Assembly (NCBI GenBank): GCA_963674865.2
Contig: CAXXYE010000003.1
Coordinates: forward strand, 320,001-384,000
Length of the DNA: 64,000 bases
Direction of reading: 5' to 3'
DNA from: Candidatus Hydrogenedentota bacterium
GTDB taxonomy: Bacteria > Hydrogenedentota > Hydrogenedentia > Hydrogenedentales > SLHB01
A program made the translations under genes and the position numbers. Every line of letters starts with the position of its first letter. Positions within the stretch are counted from its first letter, which is position 1. The notes under the pieces are model-generated. The model ran no database searches and had not been told where the DNA came from. It saw nothing but the letters and a program-made list of their open reading frames with translations. Below, piece after piece: positions 1 to 11,240 of this stretch.

Positions 1-928
1 GCGCGAGCAGCATCCCCACGGACTTGCCGCCGATAAGTCCGGTGCCGATTGTCCGTTTGCCGATATCGAGCACGTCGGCGATATCGAAATAGCGCTCGGC
101 AAGCTCGAGTACGCGCTCGTCACGGGATACGACCATTCTCAGCAGGCGGTGGAAGATCTCGTCGGCGCGTTCCCTATCGGGGGCCTGTTCATCTTCCTTA
201 AGGCTCTCCTCAGCCTGGAGGAACGCGCGATTCCAGACATCCAGTCGGTCGATGGCCGACTCCAGTGCCGAGCGAGGTGTGGAGGTAAGAACTTCTGCGG
301 CAGTGCAACTGTCTGTCACGGTTTCGAATTGGTTATCATGCCAGGCGTGCAGCATATGCATCGTGGGCGAGTGCCGCTGTTGTACCTTGAGAGGGCGTAC
401 GTACACCTGGTCTGCGTGATGGTAAACGTCGATGAAGAGCTGCGTAGTTGTGCGGATGGGAAACGTGGCGTAGGACGAGTGGAAGTTCCGGAGCAGCGCG
501 AAATAGGCGATCGTTTCCATGTCATACAGATAAGGGCAAGTCAGCCGGAAGAAGTTGCCCAGCATCTGATCGCTGAACCAGTCCGCCGCGAGGTCGGATA
601 GGCGGTCGAACACGTAGAACGCGCCCCTTCCCGCTTCCTCGATGGTTCCGTGAATGGCGTCCAGAAAGGGCTCAAAACCCATCTGCGGGTCGAGTTCTCG
701 CTTCTCCACGCCCTCGGCATCCGGGATCAGGGCATTATGCCGCGCGAAGCGGAAGTAGATGAAGGGCCGGCCCGCGGCCACGGCGTGACGCCAGAAGGGC
801 TCGACAAACGCCGTGTAGTCGGCGATATCGTCGACCTGCCACACAATATTGTCACCGGGCATTAGCCCGCGCACCAACTCGTCGAGTTCCTTGAGTCCCG
901 TACTTAGTTGCCTGTTCGACTGCGCCAT
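1..928 (-). CDS. PEP/pyruvate-binding (PPDK_N-like) domain protein with an N-terminal KaiC/RecA-like region; partial, runs off the window start
   Basis: Not in the ORF track because it is truncated; read manually. ATG at 928 with GGAGG upstream; MAQSNRQLSTGLKELDELVRGLMPGDNIVWQVDD...FSDQMLGNFFRLTCPYLY...IGTGLIGGKSVGMLLA, open to the window edge. Confidence 0.8.
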   Translation of the reverse strand, partial: MAQSNRQLSTGLKELDELVRGLMPGDNIVWQVDDIADYTAFVEPFWRHAVAAGRPFIYFRFARHNALIPDAEGVEKRELDPQMGFEPFLDAIHGTIEEAGRGAFYVFDRLSDLAADWFSDQMLGNFFRLTCPYLYDMETIAYFALLRNFHSSYATFPIRTTTQLFIDVYHHADQVYVRPLKVQQRHSPTMHMLHAWHDNQFETVTDSCTAAEVLTSTPRSALESAIDRLDVWNRAFLQAEESLKEDEQAPDRERADEIFHRLLRMVVSRDERVLELAERYFDIADVLDIGKRTIGTGLIGGKSVGMLLA

Positions 929-952
929 CTCTTGCCCCTCCGCCTCAGAGCA

Positions 953-986
953 GAGAGGCCCAGCGGACGAATCCCCTGGGCCTCTC
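953..986. other. Intergenic hairpin between gdhA and the downstream PPDK_N-like gene, with no U-tract
   Basis: GAGAGGCCCAG (953-963) / CTGGGCCTCTC (976-986) inverted repeat. Confidence 0.6.
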
Positions 987-1018
987 GGACGATTTCAATT
1001 CTAACCGAAATGCGGAAG

Positions 1019-2480
<1,462 letters not shown>

Positions 2481-2610
2481 TGCTTTAGTCTCCCGTCGCG
2501 ATAGTGTCGAATGGGCTCGTTTTTGAGGCCTATTACCCCTTATGACTGGTGTTAGGCTCAGGTTCTTCTCGTGCCGATGGCTCGCGTGTATTCTTTGAGG
2601 CAAGACACTT

Positions 2611-2633
2611 ATCCGGCAATTATGCCGTATAAT
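2611..2633 (+). promoter_or_regulatory. Palindrome abutting the -10 box upstream of nrpR
   Basis: ATcCGGCA-atta-TGCCGtAT (2611-2630) overlapping TATAAT (2628-2633). Confidence 0.45.
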
Positions 2634-2714
2634 CTTGACTTCTGGTGCATGGGGCGTTTATTGTCCCCGGTAGCGGCGCCGCCGCAGACGAACGTGGGAA
2701 GGAGAAACGACGAA

Positions 2715-3725
2715 ATGCGTGACGTGAAGCCCCCGCGCAACATGGTAGCCATCCTGCGCGTGCTCAGGGATGCGCCCGGCCCGATGGGGAGTGAACGGAT
2801 AGCTCGCGAACTGCGGCTTTCAGGCATCGATCTGAGTGAGCGGACGGTGCGGAATTACCTATTCGAGGCGGATGCCCATGGCTGGACGACTAACCTGGGC
2901 CGCCGCGGGCGCCGCCTTACCGGACTCGGCCGCCGGGAGGCCGATGGCGCGCTGGTGATGGACAAGGTAGGTTTTGTGGCCGCGCGGGTCGATGAACTTA
3001 CCTATCAGATGACCTTCGACCCTTATGAAAAGCGCGGACGGGTCATTGTGAATGTCTCCACCTTTCGCCAACGTGATATACGGGCGGCGGCCCGCGCCAT
3101 GCTCGCCGCGTACGAGTCCAATCTCGGAATGGGCCATCTGCTGGCTATTGCCGGGCCGGGCGAACGGATTGGCGACTTCGAGGTGCCCGCGGGCTTGATC
3201 GCCGTGGGGACAATTTGCAGCGTTAGCATCAACGGCGTGTTTCTCCGTGAGCACATCTCGACTACGTCCAGGTTCGGGGGATTGCTCGAACTCGAAAGTG
3301 GGCAGCCGAAACGCTTCGTCCAGATCGTCAATTACGACGGCTCAACACTCGACCCCCTTGAGATCTTCATCCGAGGCTACATGACGCGCGTCACCGACGC
3401 CGCGGCCAGCGGCTCCGGGATCGTCGGCGCAAGCTTTCGCGAGGTACCTGCCATTGCCCTGGCCCAGGTTCGCCGTCTGGCCTCTCTCTCAGAGCAAATC
3501 GGTTTGGGCGGCGTCCTCGCCGTGGGGCGCCCCAACATGCCTCTGCTCGAGATTCCCGTGGCTCAGGGGCGCGTTGGCCTCATCTTGTGCGGCGGGCTCA
3601 ATCCCATGGCCGCCGTTGTCGAGAGCGGCATTGCCACTACCAACGCCGCCATGAAGACGCTCTGCGAATTCGACAGACTCGTCGAGTACACCGCCCTCAG
3701 AGAGTTGGCCTCAGGCGGCAGGTAG
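2715..3725 (+). CDS. nrpR: NrpR-family nitrogen regulator (wHTH plus one NrpR regulatory/DUF128 domain)
   Basis: N-terminal ILRVL...PMGSERIAREL...DLSERTVRNYL...GRRLT; C-terminal TICSVSINGV, RFGGLLE, YDGSTLDPLEIFI, ASFREVP and GGLNPMAA. ATG at 2715 after AAGGAG. Confidence 0.88.
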   Translation: MRDVKPPRNMVAILRVLRDAPGPMGSERIARELRLSGIDLSERTVRNYLFEADAHGWTTNLGRRGRRLTGLGRREADGALVMDKVGFVAARVDELTYQMTFDPYEKRGRVIVNVSTFRQRDIRAAARAMLAAYESNLGMGHLLAIAGPGERIGDFEVPAGLIAVGTICSVSINGVFLREHISTTSRFGGLLELESGQPKRFVQIVNYDGSTLDPLEIFIRGYMTRVTDAAASGSGIVGASFREVPAIALAQVRRLASLSEQIGLGGVLAVGRPNMPLLEIPVAQGRVGLILCGGLNPMAAVVESGIATTNAAMKTLCEFDRLVEYTALRELASGGR

Positions 3726-3762
3726 TCCCGGCCTGTGGGCAACTACACGTGAGGTGCCCGCG

Positions 3763-6700
3763 CTACGGGTGCAGCCGCTCCAGGGCCTTGCGGATCCGCA
3801 GGCGGTGTGCCATCAGGGCAGCGTAATCCAAGTCATAGTCCGCCGCTTCGCGGGGCATCCCTGTGAGCGCTTCGCTTGCTACGTGTGCCACGGCCTCGTC
3901 AAGAACCTTCTTCGCCGCCTCATCGCCTTTGGCTTCCGCCAGATCGCGGAGGGCGCAGACGGCGTTGAAGTCCTCGATGCCGTCGCGTTGCGCCTCCCAG
4001 CGCCGGCTGGCAACCACCGCGCGCCCATCGCACGTCACCGCGCCGTAGGCCGGCTCCTGCCCCGGGCCGGTGCCCCACAGATCGCTGCCATGATAGACCC
4101 ACCAGCCGCCGCCTTCGATGCCCCAGTGCAACGCCAGCCAAGGCTGAGATCGGAAGAAGCCCAGGGGCCGGAGAATGCGGCAGTTCCCCGGAGGCGTGTA
4201 CGTCGCGATTGGCTTCCCGCCCTTACGCATGGCGGCGACGTATTCGGGCCCGAGGAACTCGATGGTTTCCATCCCGGGCTGCCAGACATCCGTGACGGGC
4301 CACATCTCCTCGATCATTTCCACGTTGATGCCGCCCCATGGATTCGCGTAGTTCTGGACCTTGGGGTCGATGGCCTTGTTCTCCTGTGCCCGAGCCATAT
4401 AGTGCTCGATAGTCCCCCGGAGTCCGGGCTCGTCTTCCGGGTAGAACATGAAGTTCTCATAGTCCAGCCCAAGAGTTTGTAGGTGCGCCACAAGTGCTTG
4501 GATGTAATTTCGTTGGGCCGTTCGCCGAAGCTCATCCGTCATGACCGTCCCCTCTGGGAAGCGGGGAACGGGGATTCCGCCGTACAGTATCTTCTCGATC
4601 TGGCCCGCCTCCTTGAGGATGGCGTCGTGTTCCGTCCAATCCAGTTCGCCCACCAAGGCGCCTTCAGCGTCCACATGGGCCGGCGGCAGCGGAACGGCAT
4701 ACCAGATCGTCTGCAGGTGCTCGCTCAAATCCGGCACGGTATCAAGCCCCTCAACGCGATTCTGCGACCAGTAGCCGGCCAGAAACCGACTCTTCTCCGG
4801 TAGCCGGAAAGACGACACTTCGAGCCGTATCGCCAGAGCGCGACTGGATGCTGCTGCATCGAGCGTGCGTATGGGCCAGTTCAGCACGTACGTGCCCGGT
4901 TCGAGGTCTTTGGTGTCGATATTGATCCAGAGCTGCTGAACCTCCCCGGGGGCGACATCGAGCAGATAACCGTCGCCCAGTTCCGGCAGAACGTCAGGCA
5001 CGGTTTCGTCGAATTCGCTCGGCAACCAGACGGCACGATGCAGCTTGACCACATTGTGGGCCGGCATCAGTGGCTCATCCTCACCCTCTCGTGCCAATGT
5101 GCCCGGCTCTACACGAAGCGTCAGCCCACGGGACGAGAGGTTTACGGCATTCACGCACACCGACTCGATCTCATTGCCGAAGGCCCAGGCTTCAATGACG
5201 CACGGCGCCGCGGCCGTAGGTAGCGTGTCAAGCGGGTCGACGTTGTCCCAGGGATTAGCGTCCTGCCATAGCGCGAATGTGGGTACGCGGCCCGCCGAGG
5301 TCTCGGCGGCGACCAATCCCGCGAAGCGCCTTGTTTGCTCGAGAAGCCTGAAGAAGTCGTCCACGTATTGAGCCAGCGCATCGCGATCCGCGGGGGCCAT
5401 CGTATCCACCGCGGCGGCGCGGGCCTTGAGCACGGCGAGCGCCGCCTCAAGTTCGGCCTGGCGCCGCGCTAGTACCACGGTGGCCTCCGGGGTGGAAGTC
5501 TGCGCAACCAGGTCCTTGGATTCGTCAAGCGCTTCAAGCGCAATATCCTTCGCGGCGGTGAGGACTGTTGTCACGTCCGCCACTTCCGCGGTGAGGGTCT
5601 GCCGCGCCAGTGCGCCCTGGCCGGTGTCATAGGCAACGCCATTCCATAAAGCCAGGGCACGCATATCCACTTTGTAAGCCCCCGCCATCCAAACGGGCCA
5701 AGCGATCTCCGACTCCCGCGCTCCCGGAGACGTCTTGAAGACCTCGATCTGCCGTGTCCCGTCGGGGAAGGTCGTGGCGACTTCGATTCCCAGGCCGAGG
5801 GTTTTCGTGCTCGACGGGGCCTCGACAACCGGCAGATTCGCCACACGGACTAAGTTCCTTCCGAAGCGCGCCTCCGGCAACGCCTGCACGAACTCCGCAT
5901 TCTTCGGCGTCGACGAAGTCCCTGCTTCGGTGGGTTTTGAAGAACGCAAAGGGTAGGCCGGCAAGCTCCATACGGAAGCCACCACGGCGCCCTCTGTTGC
6001 CGGGCCGCCGAAACTGTAAGCCTTGACGTGTCCCTCCTTCGACGTAACCACCACCTCGAGCACGCCGTCGCGGTCGATGTCGGCCACGAGCGGGGCCCCA
6101 TAGCCCCGATAGTGCGTGTATCCGGCCAGAATCTGCCCCTCGGTGTTAAGCACATACCAGGCATTACTCTTTCCGTCACGCGAGGCGTCGCGCACCGCAC
6201 ACACGATCTCGAACTTGCCGTCGCCGTCCAAATCGGCCACGGAAGGAGGCGCCCAGATGCCGCCGCCGTCCAGGCGTGTCCGCCACCGGAAGGCCCCGTC
6301 CGCGGCATACGCGGCCACGCTGCCCGCCTTGTCCGCCGCGAGTATGCCGCGGATGCCATCGTCGAACTGTACGACATTGCAGCCGTTATACGCCTTGTGA
6401 ACGGTGACGCCCGTCCACTTGCGGCTACCGTCACTCCCATTGAGGCAGATGAGGCCCGTGTCTGAAGCGATCATGGAGGACATGCTGTAGATCTCGGCGT
6501 TTCCATCACCGTCGAGGTCCGCAATGCGCGGACGCGTTCTGCCGAGGTGGAAAGGGGGCTGGTGGCTGTCCCACAGCAAGGTACCATTTGCCTTCAGCGC
6601 AATGAGATGGCGTGTCGCGGTGCCGTACACCAGTTCCGGCTGCCCGTCATTGTCTATGTCGCCGATGGCCGGCGTGGACGGGCGGTAGGCCTCGACCTTG

Positions 6701-7227
6701 GAGCGCCAGCGAAGAACTCCCTCGCCGTCCAGGCAGACAATCCACCCATAGAGATTGCAGGCCAGGACCTCGGCTCGGCCGTCGCCGTCGAGGTCGGCCG
6801 CATTGGCCATTTCCCAGGTATCCAGCGGAGAATCGAGGTCATACTGCCAAAGGATTGTACCGTCCGGCTTGAGAGCGCAAACGTACCCAGTCTTGGCGCC
6901 GGCGATAATCTCCTCGATCCCGTCACCGTCCAGATCCGCGGGCACCGGATCGAAGATTCCTCCGCCCTCGACCTCTTCGCTCAATTGACGATCGAGGATG
7001 ACTTCGCCTTGACCGCTGATCCTGACAATGCGGCCGCCCACGGCCACCAACACACTATCGGGGGCGTTGCTCGGATACGCGATCGGCGACACACCGAAGT
7101 CCACCGGAGACTCAATGGTTGTCTCCCATTCCTCCGTTGCCGCGGGCAGGGCTGTCGCCGGGTGCGGAATAGCGAGAACCAGCAAAGACCCAAGCAGAAC
7201 CGCGCGCAGTATGCTCTTTGTGCTCAT
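3763..7227 (-). CDS. Large secreted protein: FG-GAP/PQQ-like beta-propeller repeats plus a C-terminal glycoside-hydrolase-like (GH123/DUF4091-like) region
   Basis: Signal peptide; repeated ADLDGDG motifs; C-terminal YPEDEP and SRRWEAQRDGIEDF. ATG at 7227 after GGAGG. Confidence 0.7.
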   Translation of the reverse strand: MSTKSILRAVLLGSLLVLAIPHPATALPAATEEWETTIESPVDFGVSPIAYPSNAPDSVLVAVGGRIVRISGQGEVILDRQLSEEVEGGGIFDPVPADLDGDGIEEIIAGAKTGYVCALKPDGTILWQYDLDSPLDTWEMANAADLDGDGRAEVLACNLYGWIVCLDGEGVLRWRSKVEAYRPSTPAIGDIDNDGQPELVYGTATRHLIALKANGTLLWDSHQPPFHLGRTRPRIADLDGDGNAEIYSMSSMIASDTGLICLNGSDGSRKWTGVTVHKAYNGCNVVQFDDGIRGILAADKAGSVAAYAADGAFRWRTRLDGGGIWAPPSVADLDGDGKFEIVCAVRDASRDGKSNAWYVLNTEGQILAGYTHYRGYGAPLVADIDRDGVLEVVVTSKEGHVKAYSFGGPATEGAVVASVWSLPAYPLRSSKPTEAGTSSTPKNAEFVQALPEARFGRNLVRVANLPVVEAPSSTKTLGLGIEVATTFPDGTRQIEVFKTSPGARESEIAWPVWMAGAYKVDMRALALWNGVAYDTGQGALARQTLTAEVADVTTVLTAAKDIALEALDESKDLVAQTSTPEATVVLARRQAELEAALAVLKARAAAVDTMAPADRDALAQYVDDFFRLLEQTRRFAGLVAAETSAGRVPTFALWQDANPWDNVDPLDTLPTAAAPCVIEAWAFGNEIESVCVNAVNLSSRGLTLRVEPGTLAREGEDEPLMPAHNVVKLHRAVWLPSEFDETVPDVLPELGDGYLLDVAPGEVQQLWINIDTKDLEPGTYVLNWPIRTLDAAASSRALAIRLEVSSFRLPEKSRFLAGYWSQNRVEGLDTVPDLSEHLQTIWYAVPLPPAHVDAEGALVGELDWTEHDAILKEAGQIEKILYGGIPVPRFPEGTVMTDELRRTAQRNYIQALVAHLQTLGLDYENFMFYPEDEPGLRGTIEHYMARAQENKAIDPKVQNYANPWGGINVEMIEEMWPVTDVWQPGMETIEFLGPEYVAAMRKGGKPIATYTPPGNCRILRPLGFFRSQPWLALHWGIEGGGWWVYHGSDLWGTGPGQEPAYGAVTCDGRAVVASRRWEAQRDGIEDFNAVCALRDLAEAKGDEAAKKVLDEAVAHVASEALTGMPREAADYDLDYAALMAHRLRIRKALERLHP

Positions 7228-7400
7228 GGGACGACCCTCCCTAAGGCCCGTGAATGTGTCAAGATGGTTGAGAAGCCGGACGTTCACATCGTAGCCGCCG
7301 ATGCCCTGCCTGTCAACCGACGGCGGCGTTCGGCCGACAGCGAGGGCGCCTTCGTGTGTTGTCTACCTCACAATTGCGCATCGGCGGAAGGTAAGGGGGG

Positions 7401-7445
7401 CAAAACAAAACCGGCGGGATGCCCTTCAGGGCATCCCGCCGGTTT
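7401..7445 (-). terminator. Rho-independent terminator after the pilC/gspF-like gene
   Basis: 17-bp perfect stem AAACCGGCGGGATGCCC-ttca-GGGCATCCCGCCGGTTT, followed by a T-rich run on the minus strand. Confidence 0.85.
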
Positions 7446-7456
7446 CGTCTTTGAAC

Positions 7457-8671
7457 TCAGCTCGACGTTCCCAGCGTTTCCATCATGTCGATCATCGGCA
7501 GGAACAGGGCAAGGGCAAGGAAGATGACGATGAGACCGATGATGATGGTGAGAACGGGCTGCAGGAGGTCGCCAAGGGCGCTGACGGAGATGTTGACCTC
7601 CTCCTCATAGGTGTTGGCGACTTGCTCGGCGATGTTGTCGAGGGAACCGGACTCTTCACCGGTGATGAGCATGTCGGTAACGACCCCCGGGATGATCCTC
7701 TCGGCATCCCTGAGGGGCTCCTCCATGCTGCCGCCTTCCTCAACGGTATTGCGCACGTTCTGAACAATCTGGGCGACGGCCTGGTTGTGTATGGCGCTTC
7801 GCACCAAATCAAGCGTGGCCATCATGGAGAGGCCGCTGCGCAGCAGCAGAGAGAGTGTGCGTGTAAACTCGACGATAGCGTTCTTCTTCAGGATGCCCCC
7901 AATGATTGGGATCCTGAGCTTAATCCGATCGGCCGCCAAACGCCGGAGCGGATTGTTGACGTACCACAACTTGTAGAGAACAATCAGGCCCACGAGCCCG
8001 AGCAAGCATATCCACCACCATTGGCCCGCGAACTCGAAGGTATTAATGAATCGCTGACTGAACTTGGGGACATCCACACCGGTTCTGTCAAACATCTCCA
8101 TGAAGCTCGGGATGACCCACTTCGAGATGATGAGCACGACGCCCAGGCAGGCGAACACGAGAATGACCGGGTACACCATGGCCCCCTGCACGCGCTTACG
8201 AAGCGCTTCGCGGCGCTCCCGGTAGTCGGCAAGTTGCTTCAACACGGGCACCAGCGTGCCGCTCGCCTCGCTCGCTTTGATGAGATTGACAAAGACAACG
8301 CCAAAGTAGCGGGGATGGCGCTCGAACGCCTGCCAGAGCGCGTTGCCTCCTTCGACATATCGGGCGATATCGCTGACGAGGGCTCGTACGCCCGCCCGCT
8401 GACTACGCTCGGCGAGCGTGTTCAGCGATTTCATGATAGGCGTTCCGGCCTCCAGAAGCATGATGAGCTGTCGCAGGAAGGCGGTAATGTCGGCGTGGCG
8501 TATGCTGCCTGCCGACAGGAAGCCTCCGGGGCCGGTGAGCCACGATGGCTTCGCGGGCACGACCTCTTCGACAACTGCGCTCGACTTCGCGGCGGTTGTT
8601 GCCGCCTTCTTCTTTGCCGTGCGGCGCGGTCGCCTTGTTTGCCCGCCCGATTTATCGCCGTTGGTCGCCAT
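7457..8671 (-). CDS. Type II secretion system F family / PilC inner-membrane platform protein
   Basis: FLRQLIMLLEAG, ASEASGTL, AMVYPVIL, LRIPIIG, EFTRTLSLLLRSG, GEESGSLD and ALFLPMID. Confidence 0.92.
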   Translation of the reverse strand: MATNGDKSGGQTRRPRRTAKKKAATTAAKSSAVVEEVVPAKPSWLTGPGGFLSAGSIRHADITAFLRQLIMLLEAGTPIMKSLNTLAERSQRAGVRALVSDIARYVEGGNALWQAFERHPRYFGVVFVNLIKASEASGTLVPVLKQLADYRERREALRKRVQGAMVYPVILVFACLGVVLIISKWVIPSFMEMFDRTGVDVPKFSQRFINTFEFAGQWWWICLLGLVGLIVLYKLWYVNNPLRRLAADRIKLRIPIIGGILKKNAIVEFTRTLSLLLRSGLSMMATLDLVRSAIHNQAVAQIVQNVRNTVEEGGSMEEPLRDAERIIPGVVTDMLITGEESGSLDNIAEQVANTYEEEVNISVSALGDLLQPVLTIIIGLIVIFLALALFLPMIDMMETLGTSS

Positions 8672-8749
8672 GATGATGACTCCTCCCTTTCCTCGACTCC
8701 AGACTGATATGAACCTGTCGTGGCCGCGTCTAAGCGCGCCACGCGGGGT

Positions 8750-9727
8750 TTACTCCACTGTCTCGCTCCAGTAACACGTCTCCGGGGCGCCGTTTTCAGG
8801 GAAGTAAACGACGGCGTCGTAGCGGCGCGTCGTGGTGTTGTACAGGCTCCCGTCCTGCCGGACGCGCCCGAGAGATGCCGTCCCCTTCAGCCGGTAGCAG
8901 CGTGACGCAAGGCCGAGGGCTGCGGGGGGGAGGTCCGGCGCATCGGTCGATGGCGCGACGTTGAACTCGGCCGGGGTCTTCCCGGCCGCGGCAGCGACCT
9001 CATCGAGCGTCAGGAACGGCCGCCGGGCGGCCACGCTTTTGGCGGTTTGGAGGTCGATGTTGAGCACGGCCGCCAAGACCGCCGGCGGCGCCGAATTCAC
9101 ATTGATGTAACTACCGGGATTGGCGTGGTCGGGCACACTGTAGACGGTAAGCAGGTCTTTGTTCAGCATGGCGAATGACTGCCCGTCCAGCAATTCGTTG
9201 TTGAGCAAATCATCAACGCTCGTCAACCACCGCCGTGCGCCCGCTTGACGTTGGATATACTCGGCGCCGTCATCTCTGGGAAGGCTGCTTCGAATCTTGC
9301 GCGCCGCGGCGCGGTCGATGCCCGGCAGGGCCTCAAGCACCGCGCGCGGGGTGTGGTTGAGATTGATCTTGGCGCATTCGTCGGCCACGCTTATGCTGAC
9401 CTCGGCGCGCCAGTCCGCGCTCTCGGACCAGCCCTTGGCGTCTTCATCATCACGCACGTGAACGGGGAATGTGTAAGGACCGAGTTCGGCCGGAGGCGTC
9501 TGGCCCGAGTCGATCAGGCGCTGAAGCTCCGCCGCCCCTGCGCGCATACCCCCCAGAGCGACTTCATCGGCCCGCATGGACTGAAGCTGCAATTGCGCGT
9601 CGTCCGATTCAAGGCTCATATAGCGCACATAGGCGGTGCCGAGGAGCAAAAAAAGCAATAGCAGACTCAGCGCGGTGATGAGGGCTACGCCCGCGTTTTC
9701 GTGCCTGACTCGTCTGTGTTGCTGCAT
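8750..9727 (-). CDS. GspK/PulK-like minor pseudopilin with HhH motifs
   Basis: GVALITAL class III leader; DECAKINLNH..RAVLEALPG and INVNSAPPAVLAAV. Confidence 0.8.
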   Translation of the reverse strand: MQQHRRVRHENAGVALITALSLLLLFLLLGTAYVRYMSLESDDAQLQLQSMRADEVALGGMRAGAAELQRLIDSGQTPPAELGPYTFPVHVRDDEDAKGWSESADWRAEVSISVADECAKINLNHTPRAVLEALPGIDRAAARKIRSSLPRDDGAEYIQRQAGARRWLTSVDDLLNNELLDGQSFAMLNKDLLTVYSVPDHANPGSYINVNSAPPAVLAAVLNIDLQTAKSVAARRPFLTLDEVAAAAGKTPAEFNVAPSTDAPDLPPAALGLASRCYRLKGTASLGRVRQDGSLYNTTTRRYDAVVYFPENGAPETCYWSETVE

Positions 9728-9736
9728 AAGAGATTC

Positions 9737-10392
9737 CTAATCAACGTTGATGCTGAATACCGCTGTGCGTGCGACCTGATAATCAACAAAGACGGGGTCG
9801 GATAACACGAGACAAACCCGGACGTTGTCCGGAAGCGCCTGCTTCGTCCAGCCCCGGCTCCAGTCTCCACTCCCTTCGGCATACTCTATCCGCATTCCCA
9901 CAACCCCCTCGCAGAGGTCGATACGACCGTTTTGCGGATCGTCCCACACCGAGGGGACCCACCGTGCGGACGAGGGCGTCCTTCACCTGCTCCGTTGCGT
10001 CCTCACCCGCTTCCCGTGCGATCTTGTACATGACGGACGACTGCGATACCGTACGGCTATCTATTCGCCGCCGCCGGAACTTGGACGGGAATGACGATTC
10101 GGTCGTCGGCTACGGGCACGTGCTCGAGCATTTCAAGACGCGCCTGGTCCTCAAAGCCGCGCAGAGGGACCTGCGAAAGATTCGCCGACAGCACATGGGC
10201 AAAATCTGCGCGCATGCTGTTGAAGATCCTGTCCGCTTTGGCGTCGAGTTCGGCACGGACCAGTATGCGCTGCCATCCGTCGGACATCTTGTAGAAGAGC
10301 ACGCTGCCCAACGTGCTAATAACGCCAAGCAAACCGATTACGACGATGATCTCTATGAGAGTGAAACCACGATGGCGTTGGGCTGCTTTCAC
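9737..10392 (-). pseudogene. GspJ-like pseudopilin split by two apparent +1 frameshifts (~10062 and ~9950); pseudogene or assembly error
   Basis: GFTLIEIIVVIG leader in 10057-10392; continues as DSRTVSQSSVMYKI...LVRTVGPL in a second frame and ...GVVGMRIEY...W...W...LPDNVRVCLVL in a third. Confidence 0.7.
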
Positions 10393-10913
10393 GACATCTC
10401 CTCCAGAAGAGTTCGCGCTAGCGCGGAGCTAACCGTCACAAGACGCTCACGGCCCTTGTCGTGCCACCGGATGACTACGGTGACATCGGCGTAGGCGGCG
10501 TCCTCACGAGGCAGACGGGCGTAGGCTTCCCATATGAACTTGTTATAGAAATTCTCTTCGCGGTTATAGGCCCGCTCCGCGATAGGCAGGCTGGGCGGCG
10601 GGGGTGTCCGGGGGGTGATGTTGTCCCTCTGGCCACGCAGCGAGACCGGGGCGAACGAGCCTGCGGGCACGTCGTTGAGCTTGCAGACGAACGCGCCAGG
10701 GGCCCGCTCCATTGCCGCGAGTTGCTCGGTGGCCAGGGCTGACGCCACTTTGGTGCTCCGGCCGGTGTCGGCAAGGTCCATCGTGGCAAAGAAGAGCGAG
10801 AACATAAGAGAAGAGGCCACGCCGATAACAGCCAAAGCGACGAGTATCTCAACAAGGGTGAAACCTGGGCGTTTGGCCCTAGGCCCCGTGGGGGAGGTGC
10901 AGGTCTGGGTCAC
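10389..10913 (-). CDS. GspI/PilV-like prepilin
   Basis: RPGFTLVEILVALAVIG N-methylation motif; C-terminal DVTVVIRW. GTG start after AGGAAGGAG. Confidence 0.85.
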   Translation of the reverse strand: MTQTCTSPTGPRAKRPGFTLVEILVALAVIGVASSLMFSLFFATMDLADTGRSTKVASALATEQLAAMERAPGAFVCKLNDVPAGSFAPVSLRGQRDNITPRTPPPPSLPIAERAYNREENFYNKFIWEAYARLPREDAAYADVTVVIRWHDKGRERLVTVSSALARTLLEEMS

Positions 10914-11047
10914 TCGATGCTTCTCCTTCCTGCGGCGGGCGAGACGCAATAACCCCTCGGCGGCTTTGCGCGTCTGGCGCACCACGCGCCTTCGCGCAGG
11001 TGCGTCCCCTCACCCGTTGACGAGTGTCTCCGCCATTTATTCTCGCT

Positions 11048-11077
11048 ATCGTAGATCAACTTGCGCATAAATGTCAA
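11048..11077 (-). promoter_or_regulatory. Sigma70-type promoter for the pseudopilin operon
   Basis: Minus strand TTGACA-N18-TACGAT. Confidence 0.5.
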
Positions 11078-11240
11078 CAAAATATTCACCAGGCCTTCGT
11101 CGACCCTTCTTGTGTTTGGCAATTAGAGTGCCTGCTCCCAACGTGGCGAGGCAATGTGTGCCAGAGGCACCTGGAAAGTGTCCGGCGCGCCCGGGAGAGC
11201 TTTGAAGGGCCGCCGGAGCATGTGCGGGCGATGTGCTAAT

